The notes under the pieces were generated by a model that saw only the letters and a program-made list of their open reading frames with translations, was not told where the DNA came from and searched no databases. 46,692 nucleotides of DNA from contig NC_068991.1 in assembly GCF_001194135.2 (NCBI RefSeq), positions 61,537,151 to 61,583,842 of the forward strand, written 5' to 3'. Positions 34,590 to 46,692 of this stretch are shown here, piece after piece. The first letter of the stretch is position 1; the number at the start of each line of letters is the position of its first letter. The translations under genes were made by a program, and so were the position numbers. This DNA comes from Octopus bimaculoides (lineage: Eukaryota).

Positions 34590-35700
34590 GAATTGGGAAA
34601 AATATATAAACCTGGGAGAAAATGCCTTGTAGTGTTTTTTTCTGCCTGTTTGTGCTCAGAATTTGAATCCCATCAAAGTCACCTTTGACCTCCCTTCTTC
34701 AGGATTGATTAAAAATACTGATCAAATAGTAGCATTGATTTCATTGTCTGACCCTCCCTAAACAAGATGTCTGACCTTGTGCTTAAACTTAAAAAATGCC
34801 TTTCGTCTTTTCAGGGATCAATAAAATAATAGAGAATCAATCAAATTAATACTGGGGTCAGCGTAATAGACTTGCTCCCACTCTTCAAAATTGAATTGCT
34901 GGCCTTGTGCCTATAGTGTAAAAGATGATGATTATTATTATCATTATTATTTTTAATATTATTATTATTATTATCATTATTATTTTTAATATTATTATTA
35001 TTATTATTAGTTTTAATATTATTATTATTATTATCATTGTTAGTTTTAATATTATTATTATTATTATTATCATTATTAGTTTTAATATTATTATTATTAT
35101 CATTATTATTTTTAATATTATTATTATTATTATCATTATTATTTTTAATATTATTATTATTATTATCATTATTATTTTTAATATTATTATTATTATTATC
35201 ATTATTATTATTATTATTATTTTTTTTTTTTTATTATTATGGCAGTGAACTGGCAGAAACGTTAGCAAGCCAGGCAAAATGCTTAGTGGTATTTCGTCTG
35301 CCGCTATGTTCTGAGTTCAAATTCCGCCGAGGTTGCCTTTGCCTTTCATCATTTTGGGGTCAATGAATTAAGTACCAGTTATGCACTGGGGTCGATGTAA
35401 TCAGCTATTCCCTCTCCGAGATTTCAGGCCTTGTGCCTATGATAGAAAGGATTATTATTATTACTTAAAGCGGTGAGCTGGTAGAATCGTTAGCACACTG
35501 AGCAAAATGCAAAACAGTATTTCATTTATTTTTACGTTCTGAGTTCAAATTCCACCAAGGTCGACTTTGCCATTTTTCATCTTTTCGGGCTTGATAGAAT
35601 AAGTACCAGTTGAACACTGGGGTTGCCATAATCAACTAGTCCCCTCCCCAAAAATGTCAAACTTTGTGCCTCTAGTAGAAAGGATTATCCTTATCATGAT
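34590..35700 (+). mobile_element. Head-to-tail array of about four family-B SINEs around an (ATT)n minisatellite (34925-35235, about 30-bp higher-order unit punctuated by ttttaat)
   Basis: Copies at about 34590, 34790, 35240 and 35468; each ends ggccttgtgcct...agaaaggattattatt. Confidence 0.8.
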
Positions 35701-35710
35701 TATTATTATC

Positions 35711-35742
<32 letters not shown>

Positions 35743-35743
35743 T

Positions 35744-35778
<35 letters not shown>

Positions 35779-35873
35779 TAAGCAGACAGGCGTTTGGTAG
35801 AGCAGCAAAAGTGGTGAATATAATAGCATATGCAGTACGACAGAGACTGTAGTTGTTATCCTAGTGAAAGGTT

Positions 35874-35910
<37 letters not shown>

Positions 35911-36006
35911 ACAGAGGGAAAGGAAAATCAGAGACTAGAACAAGACAGAACAGACAGTTCATAAAAGGAAGTAATGTGAACAACATTAGCATTGCAAGAG
36001 GAGGGT

Positions 36007-36045
<39 letters not shown>

Positions 36046-37458
36046 AAAAAGAAACTGAGAGAGAGTGAGGGAATGAAAGTGAGAGAGTCGGCACATTATG
36101 TAGTGCAAAGAAAATCAAAAGTCAATAACCTTCCTCTCTCCCCCACCCTCAATCTACCATCTCCTCTTACTGCTCCCCTGCCGCCCCCACCTCGTCCTTC
36201 TCTCAGTGCTTAGGAAAGCTAATTACGCATTCATGCGACTATACCCCCTTTTCTCTTTCATTCCACGCTGCACCCTGAAGCATTGCAAAGCTACTCTGGG
36301 TGTTCCACCCTGGGCATGTATGGCAGATGGATGTGATGGAAGGAGAAAAAAAAATGATAGAGAGGAGGAGGAGGAGGAGGGGGAGGAGAGGGTAAGCAGA
36401 AAAAAACTCCCTCTACTATAAATAGCAAGGGGAGTCGAGAAACAAGCACAAATTTCAATATTAAACAACAACAACAACAACAAAAAACCCTGCAATGTGA
36501 ATGGCAGGAACAACACCAACAACAAATGCAAACTCCATATGGTTATCATATTCAATATCCATCCTCCATCACAAACCTACACATTCTCCTCTCTCTCTCT
36601 AAATTACGACATATATTGAGGCCACTGTATCTGCAGACACATGTACTCATGCGCACATGTGTGCCCCACTACTCTAACCAACGTAGGCATCAGCGAAGCA
36701 TTTGATGGAGTCAAGTGCTTCAAGAAATGTACCAAACATTTCCTTAATAAATAACACAAAACATCGGCTAATGAATTACCTCTTACAAATTTTCAACTCT
36801 ATATTTAAGCTTATGCCATAAATATATCAAAAGCATGCATAATTTCTAATTTCTTCAATGGTATCCCACAAGAACATGCGTTTCCATCAACCTTTTTCAA
36901 GCTATAATTACAAGACCTTCTCCTTCTCAGCACCTCTGCAAAACACAGACACACATAGACACACACACACACATACCCGCATAACATAATGTTATGCAAA
37001 TAACATTATGTTTATATTTACGCCACCCCCCACTACCATTCTTCAGACACGCAGCTGCAGGCACAGCTACACCAATGCTTTCAACAATCTCATAGAAACT
37101 TGGTTCCAAAAAAAACCCAGCAGTCTTGAAAATAGCACCGACCGAATCCTCCATCTTGCTTCACACCAGCAGCTTGAAAAGAGCATCGAATACAACAGGC
37201 CATTAATGCACTGAATAACATATTCGTAGCCCTACCTCCACAGACATGCACACACAAACACACAGATGCGTGTGTACACACATGTGCATGCATACACTCA
37301 TGCATGCACACACACATTGATGTGCACACAAGTGCACATGCACACACACACACACACACAAGCACACACATACACATGCACACACACACACACACACACA
37401 AGAATGATAAACAAGACAAAAATACAAGGAGATATTACTTAAACAGTTTGGTGACATT

Positions 37459-37489
<31 letters not shown>

Positions 37490-37937
37490 AGATGTATTAA
37501 TTAAGTAAAACAATGCACAAACCTATTATTCTCAGCGCTCAAGTACCACCACATTCAGCGACAAACAGAAGCAGCCACGGAGGCACACAAACAATAGAAT
37601 AGATTGCCACATACGCCCAGACTGGTAGCATATTTTGGGTTGTGCATTTTCAGTGTTTATTTTGATGTGTGATCATCATCATCATCATAAACATCATCAC
37701 CATTTAATGCCAACTCTTCCTCGCTTGCATGGGTCAGATGGAATGTGTTGAGACAGATTTTTGTTTGGTTGGATGCTGTTCCAGTCACCAAGCCCCCAAC
37801 TGTTTCCAAGCAAAATATTTTCCCATGGACAGACATGTTTCCCTGTAAGACTGGAAACAGCATCACTTGTATAACAGCGATGCAGATACATAAATACACA
37901 CACACACACACATACTATGGGCATTCACACACACAAA

Positions 37938-38168
37938 GGTGGCGAGCTGGCAGAAACGTTAGCACGCCGGGTGAAATGCTTAGCGGTATTTTGCCTGCCG
38001 CTACATTCTGAGTTCAAATTCCGCCGAGGTTGACTTTGCCTTTCATCCTTTCGGGGTCAATTAAATAAGTACCAGTTACGCACTGGGGTCGATATAATCG
38101 ACTTAATCCGTTTGTCTGTCCTTGTTTGTCCCCTCTGTGTGTAGCCCCTTGTGGGCAATAAAGAAATA
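37938..38168 (+). mobile_element. Young family-B SINE (long-tail form) with 18-bp TSD, nested in a family-A SINE
   Basis: TSD actatgggcattcacaca at 37914-37931 and 38173-38190; flanks rejoin into the family-A (CA)n-acgggcttctttcagtttcc region. Confidence 0.9.
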
Positions 38169-39016
38169 ACACACTATGGGCATTCACACAGTTTCCATCT
38201 ATCAAATTCACTCACTAAGGCTGCAGAAGAAAATACTTGACCAAGGTGCTGTGCATTGGGTCTGAACCTGAAACCACATGGTAGTAATGCAAGCTTCTCA
38301 ACCACACAGCCATGCTTGTACCTATAAGATATGGCTTAGAATTTGGTATGATTCTCAGCACTCCAATTCCCTCCCTCTTCCCATGGCGCCTCAATTCACT
38401 ACACAAGCTGAAGACATGTCTAAGTTCACAGCTTCATCTTTCCACTAAATCAGCTTCCCTCCACATCAACCAGAAGCGTTTCAAATTCATAAAATATAAA
38501 ATTGACATTGCTGATCACTCCGTACCCACCACTCTCTCATTTTCACTTCTCTAGTTCTTTTCTCTGCTGACTCACGGCTTAAGTCTTGTACACAGTGTTA
38601 ACATGTAAGTATATGACCAGCCTGTCACATACTCATGTCTACTGGCTGTCCACTTGTTCAACCAACTGTGTGCTTTCTTGTCCATCAATCATTACGAAAA
38701 GTAATCTATTTTTCACTCCTAGTTTATTCTGTTCAATGAACTGGTTAGATTTTCTGGAGAAACTCAAGTAAAACAGACACCTGAATCATCAGACATAAAT
38801 TATTTTATTTAACCATCATATCATGTACTTTTTTTCTTGCTTGATAATACTAACACACACACACACACACAAATAGTTTATAGCAGAGACTCCATCTCAG
38901 AATATCTGAAGAAGGAATTGTATTCCGAAATATCATCGGACTATAGATAACTAAATTACAACAGGTATATAGTCCATTTTTTGTATTACAGTGCATTGTT
39001 GTACCATTCAAAACTT

Positions 39017-39059
<43 letters not shown>

Positions 39060-39534
39060 GATGGGCTTCTTTCANNNNNNNNNNNNNNNNNNNNNNNNNN
39101 NNNNNNNNNNNNNNNNNNNNNNNNNNNNNNNNNNNNNNNNNNNNNNNNNNNNNNNNNNNNNNNNNNNNNNNNNNNNNNNNNNNNNNNNNNNNNNNNNNNN
39201 NNNNNNNNNNNNNNNNNNNNNNNNNNNNNNNNNNNNNNNNNNNNNNNNNNNNNNNNNNNNNNNNNNNNNNNNNNNNNNNNNNNNNNNNNNNNNNNNNNNN
39301 NNNNNNNNNNNNNNNNNNNNNNNNNNNNNNNNNNNNNNNNNNNNNNNNNNNNNNNNNNNNNNNNNNNNNNNNNNNNNNNNNNNNNNNNNNNNNNNNNNNN
39401 NNNNNNNNNNNNNNNNNNNNNNNNNNNNNNNNNNNNNNNNNNNNNNNNNNNNGATAACCATTGATGTAGACGGTCCCCAATTGGCTCATGCATGTGTGTG
39501 CATGTGTGTGTGTGTGTGCATATATCATCGACAC

Positions 39535-39842
39535 CATCATTATTTAATGTCCGTTTTCCATGCTGGCATGGGTTGGACGGTTTGACTGAAAACTGGTAAG
39601 CCAGGGAGCTGCACCAGGTTCCAGTCTGATTTGGCAAGGTTTCTACAACTGGATGCCCTTCCTAATTGCCAACCACTCTGAGAGTGTAGTGGGCACTTTT
39701 TACATGCCACCGGCACGGATGCCACTGGCCTGACACTGGCATCGGCTACAACTATGGTCTCACTTGGCTTGGCAGGGCTACACAAGAGCAGCATATCATC
39801 AGAGGTCTCAATTACCTGTCACTGCCTCCATGAAGCCCAAGG
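39535..39842 (-). mobile_element. RTE LINE 3' end (ORF terminus plus 3'UTR plus gat tail)
   Basis: Reverse complement ...gaggcagtgacagg...gatatgctgctc...ccaagccaagtgagacc matches RTE 6430-6500 and runs into the common tail. Confidence 0.85.
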
Positions 39843-40237
39843 ACGAATGGTGCTTTTCACATGCGACCGGCACTGGTGCCGGTCAGACAATGGACTCTAC
39901 CAATGAAGACAACGTATGAGAGTTCAGCTTTTTGCCGAATGACCAGCACAAACGATTTCTTTATAGTGACCAAATGTTCATGTTGGACATTAGCTCACTC
40001 TCTCCATCAAATCAACATTGAACAGGTGCACGGTGTGCCACGTGTCAGGTGTTGAAGTGATCACAGAGCAACATGAAATGAAGTTTCTTGCTCAAGAACA
40101 TAATGCACCACCCAGTCTAGGAACTGAAACCATGATTGCTAGATTGACAGTGCAACACACTTAATACTTTGCATGTACCACGTCCTTGCATTGTTGTTTT
40201 TTCCATGTGTTGCTTCTTTGTTTTTGGATTAACTATA

Positions 40238-40314
<77 letters not shown>

Positions 40315-40932
40315 TTGAAGCTGATCTTGTGCATGTGTGTGTGTGTGTGTGTGTGCGTATGTGTGTGTGTGTGCTTGTACTTGTTTATATATATATATAT
40401 GGGAGACTGTGTGTTTGTGTACATAACTATGACCTCTATTTTGTTGCTGAGTTGTGTAATTTTATGATGTATTTTGGCCTACTTTCCAGGTTGTAAATAA
40501 AGGATACACTATCATCATCATCATCATCATCAGTACTATAATCACAACCACCTGCATCGCCATTACCATCATCATCATCATCATCACTACCACCACAACC
40601 AATCATAATCGTCGCTCACCACCCCGACCGCAGCCACCATCATATCATCGTCACAATGACGACGACCACCACCACCACAATCATCATCATCATCACCATC
40701 ATTACCAACATCATCAATACTATTGTGAAGATCACCACTGCTACCACCACCATCACCACCACCATCATTCGTTAACAACTACCACAACCACCACCATCAT
40801 CTAGACAAGCTAGGCTGTGTTTACGAGGCAGATAGGTCTTTTGTGGTACTACAGCACCATGCTACTATATAGGTATAGTGTCGGATTTCAGTAGTTTAAC
40901 TGATTAGACAGACACTGCTGCTGCTGCTACTG

Positions 40933-40983
<51 letters not shown>

Positions 40984-41626
40984 GTACTATTGCTGCTGCT
41001 GCTGTTGCAGTTAATGGTTTAACATTTCCAAGACGGCGCCAACAGTGTTTAGGAAGCCTATAGTCAATTTAATCAGGCTTAGCATTTGACGAGAGAAGAG
41101 ACCACATACATGTAAGCTAAACGAGTGATAATAAACGATGATAACTGGGACGACAACGATGACGATGATGATGATGATGATGATGATGCTGTTGGTGTTG
41201 AAGGCGATGATTATAATGATGGTGATGATAATGATGACGATGATGGTGACAGTGCTGATGGTGGTGGTGGTGGTGGTGGTGGTAGTGCTGATGGTGATGT
41301 TAATGATGATGAAGGTGAGAATAAACTGACCAATGATTGTTGACCATTATATTGACAACAATGATGGTAACGATGATGATGATGATGATGATGTGATGAC
41401 GGTTTCCTTGACTGGGCATGATGTCAAGTTCTTTTTGTAACAGGTGGTGGTCATGATGGTGAAAAGGTAGATGTAGTTTAGGGAAATGACCCCCACCCCA
41501 GTAAATTGCAGTAATTCGCAGTTCATTATACAATATTTGTTTTCATTTAACCCAAGGTCAGGTCTGGTTTGACCTTTGACATAACATCAAAGACATTCTC
41601 ACCATGACCAAATTGCCTTTTTTTTT

Positions 41627-42914
41627 AATAATAATAATCCTTTCTACATTTTAAAATCAATAGAAATATTGATTTCAAATTTTGACGCATGGTCCACAAT
41701 TTGGGGGAGGAGGCTAGTCAATTACATCGAACCCCAGTGCTCAACTGGGATTTATTTTTTTGTCTCTGAAAGAATGAAAGGCTGAGTTGACCTCGGTGGA
41801 ATTTGAATTCAGAGCATAAAGACAGACAAAATGCCGCTAAGCATTTTGCCTGGCATGCTAACGATTCTGCCAGAATGCCGCCTGAAAGTATTTGACTAAT
41901 ACTGATTTCAAATGTTGGCACAAAGCCACCAATTTTGGGGGAGGGGGTAAATCAATTACATCTATCCCAGTGGTCAACTGGTACTTATTTTATCAACTCC
42001 GAAAAGATGATAGGCTAAATTGACCTCAGCAAAATTTGAACTCAGAACTCTACATTTTGTCGCTCTACGTTTTGTCCAATGTGCTAACATTTCTAATCTT
42101 TTCTATTATTAGGCATAAGCCCTGAAATTTTCAGGGGCGGGTGCTAAACGAATAAATTGACCCTGGTGTTCAGCTGGTACTTCTTTAAGCAACCCCGAAA
42201 GCATGAAAAGCAAAGTCAACATCAATGGAATTTGAACTCAGAACGCACAGATGGAAAAACTGCCACTAATTGTTTTGTCCAGCATGCTAACAATTCCAAT
42301 AGCTTGCCACCTTTTACCACATTGTAGCGCAAGGCCAGTAAGTTTCAAGGAGAGGATTAGTCAAATACATCAATCTTATTGCTTATCTGGTACTTATCTT
42401 ATCAACCCTGAAAGGATGAAAAGCAAAATTGACTTCAGGAGGATTTGAACTCAGAACGTAACGAGCCAGAAAAAATGCCACTAAGCATTTCGTCTGATTC
42501 ACTAACAATTCTGCCAGCTTCACCATCATTGGACAATCTGACGATGGCTTAGATGGCCAAGAGTTTGAAGTCACTGTCAATACTATTTTTGTTAAAGAAA
42601 AATACACGTATATGTTTAAGCATCTAGAGTTATGAAGAAGTCATCTCCAGAGCATTGCCCCGCAACAAACTGGCAAACAAGCAAAACACATAGATTGAGT
42701 ATGTGTAATCAATAATGTTTATATATATATTCGAATCCTCTATGTGTTAACATGGGTTTCATAACAGCAATGTAAACTCCATATCATCAAGATACGCTTC
42801 GCCTGAAGAATAACCTGCAGTGTACACCTCGCTTGGACAATTACCACTTCTGAGGTTCCACTCACTAAGAAGCATGTGTAACCCAGATTTTATCTACTCC
42901 ATTCCTTAATTTTT

Positions 42915-42966
<52 letters not shown>

Positions 42967-43180
42967 TTTTCTACTTTAAGCATAAGTCCTAAAAGGCTTT
43001 TTAGGGTGGGAGGGGACAGTCAATTAGATTAACCCTGGTACACAATTGGTACTTAATTTATCGACCCAAAGGGATGAAAAGCAAAGTCGACCTTGGAGGA
43101 ATTTGAACTTAGAACATAAAGACAGACAAAATACCTCTAAGCATTTCGCCCGGCGTGCTAATGTTTCTGCCAGCTTGTCT
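41627..43180 (-). mobile_element. Cluster of five family-B SINEs in the same orientation
   Basis: Copies at about 41627-41885, 41900-42060, 42095-42310, 42310-42520 and 42963-43180. Confidence 0.8.
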
Positions 43181-43725
43181 ATTTATATATAGTGTTGGAG
43201 GGGGTTTTCGTGGACCCCTGATCATCACTTGACAATCCATGTCGGTTTGTTTGAATCTCCGTAACTTTGCAGAGAGAATAAATACCAGACTTTAAAAGAA
43301 ATAAGCATCGGGGTCGAGCTATTGAACTAAAACCTTCCAAAACTGTGCCCCCACCATGACCACAGTCCTATCACTAAAACAAATAAATGATAAAAAAGAT
43401 AGAAGATTCAAGTGTAGCCTTACTGTGCGTAATAACAAATGTGTTTATCTTAATTAAATGAATTGAAAGCAATTATGAAGGAAAGTGAAAATATATTCGG
43501 TCTGTTAATGGTCATTGCAAATACCAGAATAACAACAGGAAATTGATATCTGCTTTAAAAAGAAAATTGCTATTTTGTGTGATAAATTTAACCTTGGGAT
43601 ACCATCACTGGTCTCTTACTACTAGTTTGTAGTAAATTTATATTCAAAGCTGCCTACGATACATACACGTATATTTATAAGCAGCATCTGTTTTTCTCAC
43701 TCTGTCTCTTTCTCTCTCTCTAAAA

Positions 43726-43980
43726 GGTACCCATGCCAGTTACAAGTAAAAGACACCTGTGCCAGTGACATACAGGCGGCACCTGGGCTGCCATTGACAT
43801 ATTATAGGCACCCATACCGGTAACATGTAAAAGGCACTCTTGTAGTGGTTAGTGTTGGAAAGGGCATCCAGCTGTAGAAACTAAGCCAAACCAGACTGGA
43901 ATCTCGCTTACCAGTTCCAGTCAAACCATCTAACCCATGCCAGCATAGAAAAAAGATGCTAAATGATGATGATAATCATG
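43726..43980 (+). mobile_element. RTE-type 3'UTR tail element
   Basis: ggtacccatgccagt...catgtaaaaggcac...agggcatccagctgtagaaac...aacccatgccagcat...taaatgatgatgat. Confidence 0.8.
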
Positions 43981-44382
43981 ATATATATATATATATATAT
44001 CACAGTTTTATATTGTAATCTGTGGAAGGGCTCCAGATTAATTAGTGTCTACAGAGGGATATATAAGAGACAAGTTAAAAATAATGGTCATTTCATATAA
44101 TTCCTTTACTGGAGCAAATTTGGTTTATAATATATATTCACACACATTCACAAATATCCAGGGACACTCAGAATGTAAACACATGCAAATATAGATACAT
44201 GCGTATATGAAGTGAGTGGCACCTGTTCCTTCCGCCAGTCAGCACAGCTGTGTATTATGCAATAGAATGTGCAAATCTTTGGCCAGGCTCAAGAGTCATA
44301 CGAGAGCTTCACATAGCATCATCAGTGACTCATTTCAATGATTCTTTCTAACAATGGCTTTGCTCATGAACAAGAAAGCAGC

Positions 44383-44421
<39 letters not shown>

Positions 44422-44525
44422 TGTGTCTGTGTGCATGTGTATAAAGTATATACATACATACATACATACAAACAGACATACGTTCATATACAAACATTCA
44501 TACACAGATAAATACATTAATGCAA

Positions 44526-44569
<44 letters not shown>

Positions 44570-45329
44570 TTTATATATACACGCACACACCTATTCAAAG
44601 TTGTATGCTACACAGACATACACACACTCAGTTAATGCTATCTATACTCAAACACACATATACATTCACACATGTTTAGACATGCACACGCTGCCTCAAC
44701 TGTAAGCACACATTAAACGTACATATGCACATAAACACATAGTGACACATGCATACACACACACACACACATGCATACACACACATACATATACATATAT
44801 ACATACATACATATATATACATATATATATATACATACATACACAAAGCCAACAAGATAACAGAAGTATGACTAATTGCAAGGATATATGAAACTGCAGA
44901 TCAAACATAAACAAAAGACAAGAAAATGACAGAAGAGAAAAAGCTAATAAAAAGGGAACGGAAAGCTTCTGAGCAAGAAAAATACACAGAGGCAGGAAAC
45001 TGAAAGAAGATTTACTAATGCAAGGACACTTCAAACAAGGAGGTAAAATGAGAAGAAAAATAAAAGACAAAGCCGCAGTAGATGCTTGGAAAAGGATTAT
45101 GAGAAATGATGCAAAGACTGTTTTAAAACATAACGATGAATATGAAGGAAGAATAAAGAATAGAAATTAACTACGGTGGAAAAATGGATGCTAAATGTTC
45201 ACAATGGTGTGTATAAGACAATGGGCAGTTGGTACAACGACCTATTCTTGTCTTCTGTAAACAGCATGTATGTGTCAATATGCTATCTTTAAGATAGCGT
45301 GTTAGCATCTTATCTATATTCTTATCTAC

Positions 45330-45766
45330 TCTAAGCACAAGGCCCAACATTTTGGGAGAGGGGGCCAGTCGATTAGATCAATCCCAGTATGCAACTGGTA
45401 CTTAATTTATCGACCCTGAAAGGATAAAAGGCAAAGTCGACCTCGACGGAATTTGAACTCACAACGTAAAGACAGGCGAAATACCACTAAGCATTTCGCC
45501 CAGCGTGCTAATGTTTCTTATTTCTTTATTGCCCACAAGGGGCTAAACATAGAGGGGACAAACAAGGACGAAGGGATTAAGTCAATTACATCGATCCCAG
45601 TGTGTAACTGGTACTTAATTCATCAACCCTGAAAGGATGAAAGGCGAAGTCGACCGCCGTTGAATTTGAACTCAGAACATAAAGACAGACGAAATACCGC
45701 TAAGCATTTCATCTGGCATGCTAACGATTCTGCCAGTCTGCCGCCTTAATAATAATAATAATAATC

Positions 45767-45822
<56 letters not shown>

Positions 45823-45850
45823 CCTTTCTATTATAGGTACAAGGCCTGAA
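45330..45850 (-). mobile_element. Two to three tandem family-B SINEs with (AAT)n spacer
   Basis: Copies at about 45330-45515 and 45517-45745, plus a tail at 45820-45860. Confidence 0.8.
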
Positions 45851-46506
45851 ATTTGGAGAGAAAGAGCAAGGCAATTACATAGACCACAGGGCTCAGAAGA
45901 TACTTATTTCAGAGACCCCTAAAGTATGAAAGGGGAAGTAAACTTTGGTGATATTTTGAATCCAGACCATGAAAACAGACAAAATGCAACAACCTCACTT
46001 TATAAAATGCTACAATTTCTATAGAATTAACAAGGAGCTAAGGAAGAAATACTTATTGACCTCCCCATGTATATTGTGATTGGCTCACTAAGTACCCAAC
46101 CTGAAACTGAAATATCTTCTTGATATCCTTATAGTAGACTACCAGCAGGATGTATGAAACCAAGCTTAGACTAACCCCAACTTAGTCCCACCCCATCCTA
46201 CTCTACCCACCCCCTACAAGAAGCAAAGTGATATAAAATTGAATTTGAGAACTTGAAATAGGTGGAGCTTGAAGTCTTTAAACCAGCAACATCCAGGTCT
46301 ATAAACCCTATTGAATAAAATTAGACCTGTAATTTACGATTTTATCATTAACCCCTTGACAATGATTTTTTATTAGGCAACTAGGTTGCACTGACAGTAA
46401 TCATCTAGGGGCCGAGATCGTAAATTCAATGAAACTGGCATGGCTAGATCCGACTGTAAATTCTGTAAAGGACCAGAAGAATTTGCTGAATGTGTACGAA
46501 TTTAGA

Positions 46507-46692
46507 GGCGTAGGAGTGGCTGTGTGATAAGTAGCTTGCTTGCCAACCACATGGTTCCAGGTTCAGTCCCACTGCGTGGCATCTTGGGCAAGTGTCTTCT
46601 ACTATAGCCTCAGGCCGACCAAAGCCTTGTGAGTGGATTTGGTAGACGGAAACTGAAAGAAACCCGTCGTATATATGTATATATATATATAT
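46507..46692 (+). mobile_element. 5' half of a family-A SINE (runs off window)
   Basis: ggcgtaggagtggctgtgtgataagtagc...ggttcagtcccactgcgtggcatcttgggcaagtgtcttc. Confidence 0.9.

Noticed and set aside
38571-38780. Good GCC|gtgagt donor with nearby acceptors
   Set aside because: No acceptor gives a stop-free frame through to the donor.
4035-39794. Long ORFs containing X runs, and poly-T/H/I/V/Y or HT/VC/YI ORFs
   Set aside because: Produced by N gaps (1089-1098, 4074-4485, 5473-6033, 9586-10178, 12030-12129, 24201-24551, 26807-27340, 29776-29859, 30835-31070, 32946-32955, 39075-39452) and microsatellites. The gaps could hide missing exons.
44220-44332. Cluster of E-box, C/EBP (ttatgcaat) and AP-1 (tgactca) motifs
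   Set aside because: Short motifs expected by chance in 46 kb; no independent evidence of function.
46331-46426. Small imperfect inverted repeat (aatttacgat...atcgtaaatt)
   Set aside because: Too short and gapped to distinguish a MITE remnant from chance.
9330-46692. tRNA-like A/B-box sequences
   Set aside because: All continue into SINE bodies and lack a complete cloverleaf; no true tRNA, rRNA or CRISPR array seen.

Overview
Repeat-dense, gapped (11 N-runs) draft sequence from a cephalopod, most likely Octopus. The taxon is inferred from the tRNA-SINE families, RTE tails and microsatellite load. Almost all ORFs in the supplied track are microsatellite, gap or SINE artefacts. The one host gene I can support is not reconstructable from the ORF track. 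Four minus-strand exons (9065-9089, 7652-7800, 6703-6750, 523-637; 25/149/48/115 nt) have canonical GT-AG sites and matching phases. They splice into a 112-aa open peptide (TNGLCYPYQWQSNISTHVDKDHHSLKVRFSHTPQEMKFVYYEVELIGGIRNITKKTAEKEVVFNNICNGKYTISVRPFDPHRSESGRCLCYKSAGRCISCKRTLKDLTISEL) resembling the membrane-proximal fibronectin-III-like domain of IL-17 receptors. The transmembrane/SEFIR exons should lie left of the window; the 5' exons were not located. The rest is intronic or intergenic: about four tRNA-SINE families, RTE, CR1/L2-group, Dong/R4 and Penelope fragments, two hammerhead-ribozyme-like motifs, two internally deleted Tc1/mariner elements with both TIRs, and TTAA (piggyBac-type) and hAT-type MITEs. 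Repeat boundaries and family names were read by eye and from memory and are approximate.
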